Positions 26,219-38,929 of a stretch of DNA of 64,000 nucleotides are shown piece by piece. Position 1 is the stretch's first letter. Every line of letters starts with the position of its first letter. The DNA is from Lingula anatina. Its lineage: Eukaryota > Animalia > Brachiopoda. The stretch lies in NCBI GenBank assembly GCA_051362555.1, contig CM120643.1, positions 4,898,001-4,962,000 on the forward strand, written 5' to 3'. The position numbers and the translations under genes were made by a program. The notes under the pieces were generated by a model. The model was not told the origin of the DNA and ran no database searches. It worked only from the letters and a program-made list of their open reading frames with translations.

Positions 26219-26579
26219 GATCAGGGGCGTAACCTGACCTTTTAGAATTCTAAGCACAGATTTTCAAAATTCCCAGGTACGGTTAAATGTAAATTTAAAA
26301 TAAATTTAATTCGCCAAATATCATAGCTAAGTTTTCACCAGTAATAAAATCATCAGATAAAATTAAATACATTGCGGCTATTCAATTAAGTTCCATTACA
26401 TCATTTCACCCAGAACCAAGCCATTTTTCTAGGATTGGGATAAAGGCTGTCCAAAATGGGGTGGGAGTGTGATGAAGTGGAAAATATTTTATAAAATAAT
26501 AAATTTCAATGGGAAGGGAGGGTTAATAACAATCGATAACGATCTGCCGCTGACACTCTTTTGCGAACCAATTCCCATG

Positions 26580-26900
26580 AATGAATATGAAAATTGCCTC
26601 TTCATCTCGCTTAGATCGAGAACGATCTCCGGCTGACGATCTTCCGCAAACAGAAGCTTTTGAACGGATATGAGAATTGCATTATCGTTTCACTCGGATT
26701 GCGAACGATCTCCCGCTGACGATACGAAACTTGCGTTCTCGTCTTGCTCTTTGGCTAACCAGGGAATTATATCGGATATAATTCCCTGGGCTAACAAAGT
26801 CTTTTTAGAAGATATGAAAATTGCCTCTTCGTCTCTCTGGGATTGCAAACGATCTCGCGCTGAAAATTTGAAAACTGCCTTTTTGTCTTTCAGCTTTGCC
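26580..26900. repeat. Diverged short repeats (atatgaaaattgc...gaacgatctc.cgctga)
   Basis: Three related segments at ~26585, ~26668 and ~26812. Confidence 0.7.
26760..26788. mobile_element. 29-bp palindromic micro-element with 7-bp TSD
   Basis: cagggaattatatc-g-gatataattccctg flanked by ggctaac (26753-26759 and 26789-26795). Confidence 0.75.
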
Positions 26901-29900
26901 AGGTGCTGTATGTATGGAGGTCCGGAAGGTGTCCCCTTTCATAATTTGGCAGTTTGTTTGTCATATGAATAATTAAAATGACTGCAATCTTATAACCCTA
27001 CTGCGGTGTATCATGGTGTACGACTAGAACTAGAATAATGATGAAAATTTATGCAGCTGTGATACATACACTATTTATTTTTTTTAATTGAAATTAAATA
27101 CCTTGATAATGATATAATTATAACTTTTAAATTTCTTAATTTTATAGTGCATCAAATTGAATAAACGCAAGTCGGGAAAGATAGTGCGCGATTTTTACTA
27201 GCGTGTTTCGCAAACAGCAAAATGTTCGTCATTTGAAATGTAAAAAAAAGTATTATAAAAGGTGGGATTATTCAAGGACTTTCAGTTATTATTTTTTCTT
27301 CGTGGTTATTCAACAGTATAAGGCAATTTGAGAGCATTTAATTCGAGAAATACGCGACGCGATCCGAGGGCTGCTATTGTTCTGACTAACAAAGGCCGGT
27401 ATTTTCACCCCATCGGGTTTATCACCCTGTTTATCTAAATGAAAGTGCAGGAGTACTTTTCTATTGATGATGGTATCCTGCTCACAGTGGGTGGCTAAAA
27501 GCGAGCTGAGTAAATTTAGGCCGAGTTAGAGTAGTATTTATCGCTGCTGGGTCCCAACGGCTTAAGGTTTAATTCCCTATAATTAACGCACCAATAATAG
27601 TCGTTTAACTACCATAAGGATTATAAACCAAGGCTATTTAAGTGTCTTCGAAATTAATCCTGCAGCTGTAGGTCCAAGGACAATCTAACTCCAACGTGCA
27701 ACCGGGGAAGGTCTGACTGTGTGATCATACAATATATGAAAGTACAGTCAATTAACAGTGTAAATCATCAGTTGAAGAGGAGGGGGTGTTACTATAGCTC
27801 GCTATCTATTGTTAAACGCGACTGTTATTATCTCTCGAACAAGCTTAAACGATGCCTATACAATTACTGTGATCATCGTCACTGTTTAGCTACTCGCCTA
27901 TAATGCGTGCTGAACGACAGACAACTTATAAGTATTATCTGTGTTACTGTGTAAATGAACACATTTATAATTAGTTAAATTATAATGAAGTCGGTGATTT
28001 AATCCATCCAACATATTTATATTTGTTCTTTCAAAACCAGTGTCAGGTTAACGCAAAATCAAAGCAAGCCTTGCAGACTGGTTTTGTTTAAACTGTCATA
28101 TATTAAGTAAAGCTAAGTAAAGCCTGTTTCTACTTCGCAGTGTTCATCCCAGCTATAAAACTGCATGAAGGATAACAAGACTCCGCAGCGAATTAAGTTT
28201 CACAATGCCCTGTGCTTCAGGTTTCCAGAAGTCCCATGTAACACAATAATATTGAAGAGTATGGCCTGAGAGTAATACAAATATGAGGCCGTGTATGAAA
28301 GATTTTAAAAATTAGAAATTCAAGAATTAAACATTTCACAAAAATCGCATCTAATTGTTTAGATTAACCTCTACTTTTATCGATCTCATCGCCTTGTCTC
28401 AACCACCTAAAAGAAATATAGTGCACATGAGGAAAGGTAACACGTTTACATGCAGGCGAAGGATGTATACTTCAATATTAATCGCAAACAATATCAACAG
28501 CGACTCAAGACCGTTGCCCGTCTTTCACACTTTTACACAAACACACGAAGGTTTAATAAAGGGAGTCGCGGCGCGATATCTATCTCTTTCTTTCGAACAA
28601 GCAAAGGGCTGACCCGAAGTAAGCTTTCTAAACTTATCACCTTTTTATTGTATATTGTAATTATTCCGCTTGCTCGCCTCCATTGTCTTGTAAAAGCGAC
28701 AAAGAATTCGTTGCATTCACACACAAGTTGAAAGAACTTTGCATAACTCCTTTGCCTTGTTGCATAATGTCTTTCTCAAGGTTATAATCAGTGTGAAGAG
28801 GGTGTCTTGCCTCATTTAAAAAGGGAGTTGTTCTTCATACTGGTTGTTGCTTAACTTATGCTAACCTACTCTGTACAAATATGGTTTCAATAAATCGCCA
28901 AAATTATGACATTAATGAAAATTGTGTATCAAATGTTAAATGATCACTATCTCGGCTCCTTTTTCTTTGACAGCAACATAAAAAGTGTTTAGGGAGAAAG
29001 TCACACAAAAACCTGACGTTGTTTTGTCTTCAGCATTTCCTCTTCCTTGTTTACTGCAATTACTATCGTCAATTAATGAAATCGAGAAAGCAATTAAGTG
29101 ATGGCACATTGAATATAGTCACTAGGTGCATTTCGCTGAGTGTTTACAAGATCTAGCGATACATTTTTATCGCCACGCGTTCTAGTCTGATTGTTTGGGG
29201 GGGGGGGGGGGGGGGGGCAGTTAGTGGTATTTGTATGTGTAGTTGGATAAAATAAAATAGTCCAGAATGGTGTGTACAGGTTTGAGAAGTTAAACATGAA
29301 AACGTTTTCGACTGATAATAAAAAACATTAGGAAAAAAACAAAATAGAATGTTTGGAAATTTAAACAGTTACTCTGTTGCGTCATGGCTATGAATCTGAC
29401 ATCGAATTTAGGCCAAAAAATTAGTTAATTCAGAATTATTAGCTACAATGTAAATTGCCCTTAAATGCCAGTGATCCAAGCGGAGGGTACGCTTTCCTGA
29501 AGGTTGCGGCGACAAACAGCGACGATATTTTTCTGAACAGTGAACCTTTATCAGTTACGAAAAGCCCCCCTTTCAACAGGCGTGTTTTATTAATTACTTC
29601 ATGTCACAAAGTAAATTTATACAGGCAAAACTTTATTCAAGGAAATAGTTTCACGAAATGAACGAGAGTAAAATATAAGTCGGCACAAACATAAGTCATA
29701 CAACAATGAGTCTGTATTTAAAGTATAATCCCTCCTGTTATGGGCCATGTCGGATTATAATGGCATACCTTGCTGTAAAACAGTCTATCGTTTCTTCCAC
29801 TGCGAGTCCTTTTATTTAATGTATTGTATTACTCATTACCCATTTCATTTGACACTCTCTCTTTTTCTCTCCCTTCCCCTTTCTCTTGTTAGAAGGAGGG

Positions 29901-30321
29901 TAAATAATTAAGCACTCAAAATCTGCATCACCAATCTTCAAAAAAAAAAAAAAAAAAAAAATCAACGAACCAATGGGCTGATCCACAACATCCGACCCAG
30001 CAGAATGCATCATATAACTGCTAGCACAAATTTATATACAGATAGCTATAGTGTCACTAAATACATAATCAGCTGCACGCACGAAGCTGTTGAACAAAAG
30101 GATAGTTGGTTACGGGAGACCGTTTGTTTACATAAGTACTCTAAGGGGGCATGGCTACCCAGGTGACCCGGGGGATTAGGCTAGTTACTATATGCCGTCA
30201 ACAATCGTTTAGCGACCCTATCATTATACACTCCATCTATTGCATTTTCCACCGCATTAATCGCAGTGTAACTTTCAAATGGTCCACGGGGTACATATAC
30301 ACATTCTTAATACCAGTACGG

Positions 30322-31753
30322 TATCAAAAACTGACTTGGATCTCAATGACCCATTTACAAATGATAATTTCTCAGTTACAACATATAGTGGCGATGGTCA
30401 CAATGGGATTGAATAGAATCAGCAGTGTAGCAATATCGTTGTTGTACTGACCTTTGCTGATACTGTGTGGTTGTAGAACGAGATGGTGAACAGATAAATT
30501 CAACTGTCCTCAGTGTGATGATAATCCAGGAAACACACCTTTATTTCTATTGAAAACAGATAATAAATCATCAATAAAAATATATATACTAGTTTATATG
30601 TAGATATATACTGTAGTTACAACACAGACATCTCTCTAACTCACACGCACACACACACGAACCCTTCTCTCTTTCTCACACACACACAAACACACATTCA
30701 CACAGAGACAGAAACACTAAGACATCGAGACTTAATGAAGAAGACGTCAGCTTCACTCTAAGGTGCTGCCGCCAAGTGGATAAAGCAAGCACTACATTGT
30801 AAAATGCAGCAATGGGAAGAGCATCCCTAAGCAGTAAAGTATCATATCTTGAAATAGAAAATATGTAACAAACCAAAGGAAAATGAACAAATTGATTTTT
30901 ATAATTCATTCAAATAAATTGTTCACACAATAGCTCAGGATTCAAACGACTCCACATGTGCGAAAAGTGCACTGTTTGAAATAAACAAGTTGGTGAAATT
31001 GACAAAGCCTGCCGGTGTTTACACGCTGGTTAAATCAATTTAATTTGCCCTCTGGTATTGTTTTGAAAATTTATATTTGAAACATTCTATTGATTTTATG
31101 TTTTAAAAAGTAAATCCATTGGAATTTCCTGAGAATAACAGGGATCTTTATTCCTGGGTCAAAATCTGGTAGGGCCATTTTGGCCCACTTGGTCAAAAAA
31201 ATTGGGCCATTTTTAAAAAATGTGTAACACAGTGATCAAAATATACCATTATAATAAACATACAGTGACAAAAGAGACATAGACAGTGATCAGAAAATAT
31301 ACAGACACATTCAATGTCTCAACAGACAATTGCAAAGTCATCAAGATGTATACATGAAATTTTATTTATATCAAGAGTTTTGCCCAGCGAACCCTCGCCC
31401 CCCCCCCCCCCCCCCCCCCCCCCCAAACTCCTAATAGTTAACATTAACCCTTGTCACCTTGAACATATCAAAAACTGATTTGGATCTCAATGACCCATTT
31501 ACAAATGATAATTTTAACAGTTACAACATATAGTGGCGATGGTCACAATGGGTCTGAATAGAATCACCAGTGTAGCAATATCATTGTTGCACTGACCTTT
31601 GCTGATACTGTGTGGTTGTAGAAAGAGATGGTGAACAGAGGAATTCAACTGTCCTCAGTGTGATGATAATCCAGGAAACACGCCTTCATTTCTACTGGAA
31701 ACAGATAATAAATCATCAATAAAAAAAGAAAAACACACACACATATATATATA
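30322..31753 (-). repeat. Repeat modules B-C-A-B, tandem sister of 21.6-22.66 kb
   Basis: Near-identical to 21610-22658, with shared variants such as ctcctaatagttaac, gacgtcagc and tacacgctgg. Confidence 0.9.
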
Positions 31754-31884
31754 CCGTATAGCCAATAAAAAACAAGACTACTGGTACGCGTTTAATCGAT
31801 AACTGATTTAATACTCGTCAGATTACCATCCGCCCCCTTCCTTATGAATAGGTATTACTTTATTAATACAATGCAACCGACGTG

Positions 31885-32035
31885 TAGCCGCATGTTAGAA
31901 GACAATGTGTGTTACGCACAGCAGGAGGCCGCTAGCCCTTCCCAGCAAGGAGTCAACTAAGCCGCAAGTTAGAAGACAATGCGTGATTACTAACAGCAGT
32001 AGGAGGCCGCTACCGCTCCCCAGCAAGGAGTCAAC
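31885..32035 (+). repeat. ~73-bp tandem duplication
   Basis: agccgca.gttagaagacaatg...aggaggccgcta...cccagcaaggagtcaac occurs twice. Confidence 0.85.
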
Positions 32036-32858
32036 ACAGCAGTGCGTAACCCGGGCTTAATTAGGGGTTATTAGTTGTCCACTTATGATCGGTATTGTTC
32101 GTCTTGATTGCAGCACACTTCCTACTCACTATTGGTTCGCCCGCCTCTTCTTTAAATGCTCTCTCAAACCATTCCTCAGTCAGCCGAGAATGGAAACACG
32201 TTTATCTGCCCATAAACTTCGTCGTTGATGTATTATTTGGCATCATTCTACAGTGGGTCATAAGGCTCTATCTATGATTTTTTTTCGTCTGGCATTTTAC
32301 CAGATTAAGCTGACGCTTGAAAACTGAATTTAATGAATAATTTTCTCACGTGCACGTATCCAGCTAATTTTACGACAATAACTTCCAGGGCACCTCCGCC
32401 ATTTGCAATTGTAGACGAACCACGTGTTTCCAACTGATAGGTCAATACAACTATACCAGACCCATTGCACGATAAAAAACAGTTTATATTTAATGAATAA
32501 AAAAAAACATTTGAGGATAGCGATTTTCTATTGATAAACTATCGATGGTATCCCTGTATTAAATCATCCACTGCTACCCCCTCTGTTGTAGTGTAGCATG
32601 ACTCGTATCACAAGATGGAGTAATTAAGACAGGCCTACACTCTGATAGTTTTAAGTAAATTATTCTAAAATATTCTCGGACGTCATTTAAACGGCGTTGA
32701 ACGGCAGTCCCAGACAAAGGATCGGCAGTTTCTAAATAAAAGAACTTGTAAATGCTGCATCTAGCCAGTTATTGTTCCTAAGTAAAGAGAGGCGATAATG
32801 ATCTGTTCTTTCTTCTAGCTTAGTTTGTCGACTAAAATGAACAATTTTAGGCCTACAA

Positions 32859-33870
32859 TGCAACCACCAATTATTACGACCATTAGGGGCCTAATGAGGT
32901 TCTGTTCTTTGCTACACTCCCTTTCTTCATGATCGCCAAACCTGTGGGGTGCTGTGTTTTAAATATATAAAAGGGGTCTCGCGAGGTAAAGCTATAACAA
33001 TGAACTAAAATCCTATGAATAGGCCTATCTAATAAACCATGAAGCACGTAGCCTAGGCCTCTTTGACCGACATCAAATTTTTACATTCTTTGTTATAATA
33101 AGAGGGTGAACGTAGTCTAATTTGTCTTTTCGTGGTGATTTTGCTCGAAATAGCGGAGTCAAGTAAATCGGTGATTTACCGTTGGTAAAATCATCGCTCC
33201 TGCGTCCTCACAGATTACTTTCTAATCCCCCGTAATTAACGCAGTCAGGAATAAGCGCTGAAATAGGGGATTTTGTATCAGGGAAAAAATTAGTATTTAT
33301 CTTTTGTTATCACGTATCTGTATTATGTAATCCTGTAACTCATTTTCCCAAGGCAACCACCAATTATGACGACCATTAATGAAGTTCTCTGCTACACTCT
33401 CTCCTCATGATCACTTGCTCGATCGTGAAACCCTGGAGGTGTTGGGTATATATTTGGGGTAGTTTACTATAGCATGCTACACTCTCCTCATGATCACTTG
33501 CTCGATCGTGAAATCTGGAGTGAAACCCTTGGTTTGTCTAACAATGGTTTAAATAAATAAAAAGGGTGTTACGGAGGTGAGGTTGCTTAAGTCATAAGAA
33601 TAATGAACGAAAAACTACGATGAACATTTAATACACCACGAGGCACGTATGTTTTGACCGCCATCACCTTTTTTACATAAGATGTTTCATCAAGAGGGCA
33701 GATGTAGTCCAATATGTCTTTTGTTGGTTATTCTGCTTCAGGTGGCTGAGATTAGTTGATCGATGATGTACTGTTGGTAAGAGTAGCTATCATCACATCC
33801 GCGTCCTAACGGATTACTTTCCAACCCCCCATAATTAACGCAGCCAGGAATAGGCGCTGAAATAGGGGGT
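32859..33870 (+). repeat. Diverged ~0.4-0.5-kb tandem duplication
   Basis: Both copies start gcaaccaccaattat.acgaccatta (~32860, ~33353) and end taattaacgcag.caggaata.gcgctgaaatagggg. Confidence 0.85.
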
Positions 33871-34353
33871 ATTATATCTGAAATTAATTTTTGTAATTAT
33901 CTGGTTTAAATAAAAATCGTAAAATAAGAATCGTTACATTATCACGTATTTTTCCAGATTGAAAATATATTATAATATGCACACTGATCAAATTATAAAG
34001 AAAATCTCCAGATGTAAACAAAGGACAGTCAAGTATCACTCATCCCAGGCTGCAGGGCAGATAAAGAGAATTGAATGGAGCGCGAGTGATCTGGCAACCC
34101 TACAATTTCGTCATAATGATTCATGGGCAAACAATAGAAGCATGAAATTAACACCTTTTACAGTGTGAAGGACGACACCTAATGAGGCTTTTGTTTTCCC
34201 CCTGGATGGTTATTACAAAGTAAGAATGTTGACGTAAGTGTTATCTGCTTCCTGGTGAAGACTTTTGCGTGTTCAAAGGAACAATGGAAATGTCATTTCA
34301 AAACAAAGAGCCACATTTCCCTACTTAGGTGGCCAAAATATTGTCAATGAAAC

Positions 34354-34388
<35 letters not shown>

Positions 34389-36884
34389 ACAAAATCACCA
34401 GCTGTTACTGACTGAGTCTAACTCAAATGCAAAAAGGTACGCACAGCGACAAAGCGCTATTGTAAACAGTGACCCGACGATGAGATCAATAGATGTATAA
34501 ATGACTTATTGTACTATAAAATTGTACCCCTGCCCCTACTTGTATATTATTACACACATAAGGCCATCCTATACCAGAGTTGCAGATTGATTTTTCATTA
34601 TGCAGTCTCTTGCACTGAAGAAAAATACTCATATATAATTTGCGGTCCTAGTAGAGGGTCGGTCCTCACTCAAATCAAAATAAACTAGCAAACATGAAAA
34701 TTGACAAGCTGTATTAGGATGTAAAGTGTTGAGAACCCTTTAAACACGGTGTATGGTAATATGCACGTTTAGACAAATTTTAATTTTAATTTCAATTTAA
34801 TTTTATTTTATTTTTAACTAAAATTAATATTACCGAAATGAGTAAATGTCGTTTGCGTCATGTATCAATATTTGTGCGCATAATAGTACCTACGTTATAA
34901 ACATTCAGCAAAGATCTTTGGAAGGCCGCTATTTCGTTGTTTATATCAAATGAAAACTATCTGATACCCATCGTATCAATCATTATACATGATAAGCGAT
35001 TAGCATACTAATTTATGTCCCCAGTCATAATAACTTTAACAATTACAACAATCCTCCCTACTCTGCTTTTCGTTGCAAAAACAATTAGCCACAACTGTTT
35101 TAATATTAAAAGATATCAATAATAATGATAATTCCAAAATTTCTAAAGTACCTTTGGGGTACGAATTCCCGTCGGGTAGGTTACAACGTTTGCAACGACG
35201 TTAACCGTTATTCCACCAGTGCTATTACACTTTCACACCGATATCGACAGATCTGTATTGCCGCGCATGCCGAAGCTTTGCGGAAATTGCCGAAGGTTAG
35301 GAAAATTCTTCAAAATATATAATTTTATTACTTTTAATCAACTCTCTCACTGCCCTGAGGTATAATGGCTAAAACCTTTCAGTTGTCACCAGACTTTGTA
35401 ATTTGGGAGAAAAAAGTGAAACAGGAACTTCTGGTGATGAATAATAGATTATAGTGCTGCAAGGTCTTCTTTTCTATCCCTGATGTACGAGTAGCTTTTT
35501 TACAGTTTCTATAATTCTCTTAACGTATGAAAATATGCAGGCTTTCTGATACAATAAGACTTTGATAAAATCAAAACCAATTTTACTTTTCAAGTCGGGA
35601 GTCGGGATAAATATCGGCAAGGTGGAGATATTTCTCGCCGGCGCTTCCGCAACAGCAAGACTGAAGGACGCAAGTTACAAAGCGAAACATGTTTAGTCAA
35701 GTTAAAGACTTAATTACCGGCCTAACAGCGGCGATAGTGACTCCCGCTGTGAGCCACTTGCGCTGTCTATCGTAATCCCCCTATCATTAACACTGTCGGG
35801 GGCACACGCACGTTCGCCGTGCGTGTGCTATTAAAGTGACCGGGGACTAAATAGCTACACGGTATATATATATATCAGTCATTCTTTGCTAGTGGTGCAC
35901 TGCAGGGGGACCATAACAAGAATGTAATTTAAATTTAGATAGCCGACCAAATTCTCATGACATCGTTGTGTATGTTTCAATAACAAATCAAAGAAGCTGC
36001 ATGAGCAAGGAGGATGTTGTTATAAAAGCAAAAAAAGAGAAAAAGCAGAAAATATATCGAAATTACCCTCAAAATGGCGTCCTTTTTTGTGGAATTTCGA
36101 CCCTACCTCTATTTAGGAACAGTTTGTTTAGGGTTTGAATGAATTATTGAAGCAGGGAATACACCTACTGCAAGAAGATATAATAAACAGAATGTGCAAA
36201 TGGTTATTTAAATAAAAATTTATTTGAAGTCACTGAAAAATGATCACAAAATTAGCTTAACTTACGATACATGCGGTGTCCCACCCCGATGAAAATTTCA
36301 TCTAATCCTATCTTTCCGTATTAAAACTGTTCAATCGTCCAAAGTAGTATGTCGGTTAGTTTGTGTCACGAAATCCATGATAATATCAGTTTTCTTAAGA
36401 ATTTCACATTTATTGCTCAGCAAGGTCGATTTTTCTTCACCGCGTCCCAATGTTACGTTCGCAATGCTGAAACTTCAGAGATCGATTCTTATCAGACGAC
36501 TTTAAAATGCCGCGTGAAAATTATACATCGATAGCGATCTTCTTCCATACTCACTAACTGATGACGTCTTTCACACGAATGGCTTCTTTTGCACACTAAA
36601 AAAACCAGCTCAAACTGGCGGGTGGCCCATTCTGATAACATGTCACGCAATGACGCTGTCGAGATAGGATGCAGGGCACAGGTGTAATTCCCTCGATTTA
36701 ACCGTCACAGGATTGTTTATTGGGATCTTCTTTGTATGACGGTGAGAAATAATGAGTTTCGTTTCATTTTTCTTCAATTGTTTCAACATATTTGTGTACC
36801 GATTGATTTTTACCATTCTATAAGTAGGGTGACTTCGTCTGAACTTTCGTTTTGCGTCTGTGTCACATGGGGGACTAAAGGTCG

Positions 36885-37664
36885 GGGTCCGCCATATAGA
36901 TAAACGTCCCAATAAAATATTCGCCCCGATAGATACGTCTCTATACATACACGTCTTAATAGATTTACGTCTCTTTAAATTTACGTTCCGATAGATCCAC
37001 CAACAGATTCCTATAAACCCACGTATCTTTAGATCCAGGTACCGCTAGATCCATCTATCTGACATCGTTATCGGCTAAAAGGCCCATATCAACTTGCGTT
37101 GTGAAATTTAGAACACATTTTTATGTTCTTTTTTGTTTTGTTTTGTTAAGAACACATTTACATGTAAATTCAGAACACTTTTTACGTGTTCGAATGTTGC
37201 ATTTTGAGAACGCTTTAAACAGTGTTCTGACGCTAGAACAGTAATTAAGCGTTGTGAAATATAGAACACACTTTTGTTCTTTTTATGTTCTTTCACTGAG
37301 TATTGTGTGAAAACGATCTAGTAGAATAATATATTGCTGACTGCGTACTGCCGTTTTAAAGAAGTGCATTTTATGTACTAAGTAGTATACCAACCATTTC
37401 GAGCAATAGTGTACCTGTAATGGATCTATCGGTATTTGGATCTAAAAATACGTGGATCTATAGGTATGCGGATTTAAAGGACGTGGGTTTATGAGGACGT
37501 CATATCTATAGGAACGCAAATATATAGGACAGCAGAAAAAAATCGGATCTATCGGTATTTAAATCTAAAAAGACGTTTTTTCCGTTTTTCCTTTATGTAT
37601 CTATCGGTAACGGGAGTATAGGGACGTGTAATATTTTGGGACTAAACTTTATCCGTACGTACCC
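36885..37664. mobile_element. Foldback-like MITE with inverted subterminal repeat arrays
   Basis: Left arm has tagatccac/atacacgtc repeats; right arm has inverse gacgtg/gtggatcta repeats; ends ...cgtacgtaccc. Confidence 0.6.
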
Positions 37665-38929
37665 TAAAGGTCATATTGAACATGGTGACGCGGTGATACC
37701 GTATTCATGTTCTCTTGTTCTCGAAAACTCAATCATCGAAATTGAATTACTTTTTTTTAGTTTTGTCTTAAATTAAGCTGCTACACTGTATTCCGTGCGT
37801 TTAAAATTTAACCGTCTGTAAAAACAGCAATAATGGATTACTAGCAACACTTACGTTACGCAATGAAGCACCGAAAATGGGTGAAGAAAATGTGTCTCAG
37901 TAATGCGTGTTTGCCACTCATAATGCACTGTACTTTCTTTGAATAAGCAATAAACTATTTGTGATCTTATGTTATCCATTGTTCGTTATCAGAGTTAACA
38001 GATTCTTTGTGTGATTTTTTTTTTCAGAATCCCAAGAGTGGATGCCTTAGTGAGCACAGAACAGATATCACCATTGGTCCACATATGTCAGGAAGAATGT
38101 TATAATTATGAACTTTGTGTTACACTGAACTTCATTTTGTTAAATTTTGTATTTAACTGAACTTTATTGTGTTAAAATAATAATAAAAAAATAATAATTC
38201 AGATAAAAAACTACAATCTGGAACATTCTTTAGATCAACTTTGTTCAGTGTGTGTCCCATGTGACAGAGTTACAGTAAATAAAATATGTGCATTATTCCT
38301 CTGTGTTTGTCAATTCCATTTTAAAAGCATGTGAAAGTGGTGTGCCCCTCATGATTGAAGTGTGTATGGATAATAGCAAAAATATTGTTATTATTTACAT
38401 GATTATAAAAAGTTTTTGTACCCGCGTCAATAACGTTACCGTGACCCACATATTCACCATTTTTATTAATTATGAAATGTGGATTAAATTCTTCAAACCC
38501 AGTTTTGAAGCACTGAGACAACACCCCCTTATGATTTAAACTAAAACTGAAAACATTCCATTAGACTTTCATTAGTTTGTGCAAAATATATTACCCAGGG
38601 TAACGCGTCTTGGATTTGGTGGGTATAGCTGTTCAACTCTCCTGTGTGCCCTAAAAAGGGCAGCTGCTGTTTCCCTTTTTATGAAATGATAAACTGTGAT
38701 GGTGTAGCTATCACATCGCAAAATTACAGCTTCCCAGAGAAAGTTTGAAATTTTTGGTCAAATTCAACATTTTGTAACCACTAGCAAAGAATGACAGATA
38801 TATATATATGTAGACATATACGGTAGTTACAACACAGACATCTCTCTAACTCACACGCACACACGAACCCTTCTCTCTTTCTCACACACACACACACACA
38901 CACACATTCACACAGAGAAAGAAACACAC

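Larger units (their letters stand above)
22659..30321. other. 7.66-kb block inserted at a duplicated TA within a repeat module
   Basis: Left flank ccttgaacaTA, right flank TAtcaaaaactg; the uninterrupted paralogues read ccttgaacaTAtcaaaaactg (e.g. ~31458-31478). Confidence 0.75.
31754..38797. other. 7.0-kb non-array block lying within the (TA)n between modules B and C
   Basis: Left: end of module B + (TA)n, then ccgtatag. Right: gacag + (TA)n + gtagacatatacgg, the normal start of module C. Confidence 0.55.

Noticed and set aside
29197-34385. Poly-G (29197-29217), poly-C (~31397-31424) and poly-A (~34356-34385) runs as functional or retroposon signals
   Set aside because: No TSD or retro-element body seen; the poly-C is an expansion of the module's normal C-run, and homopolymer lengths are error-prone.
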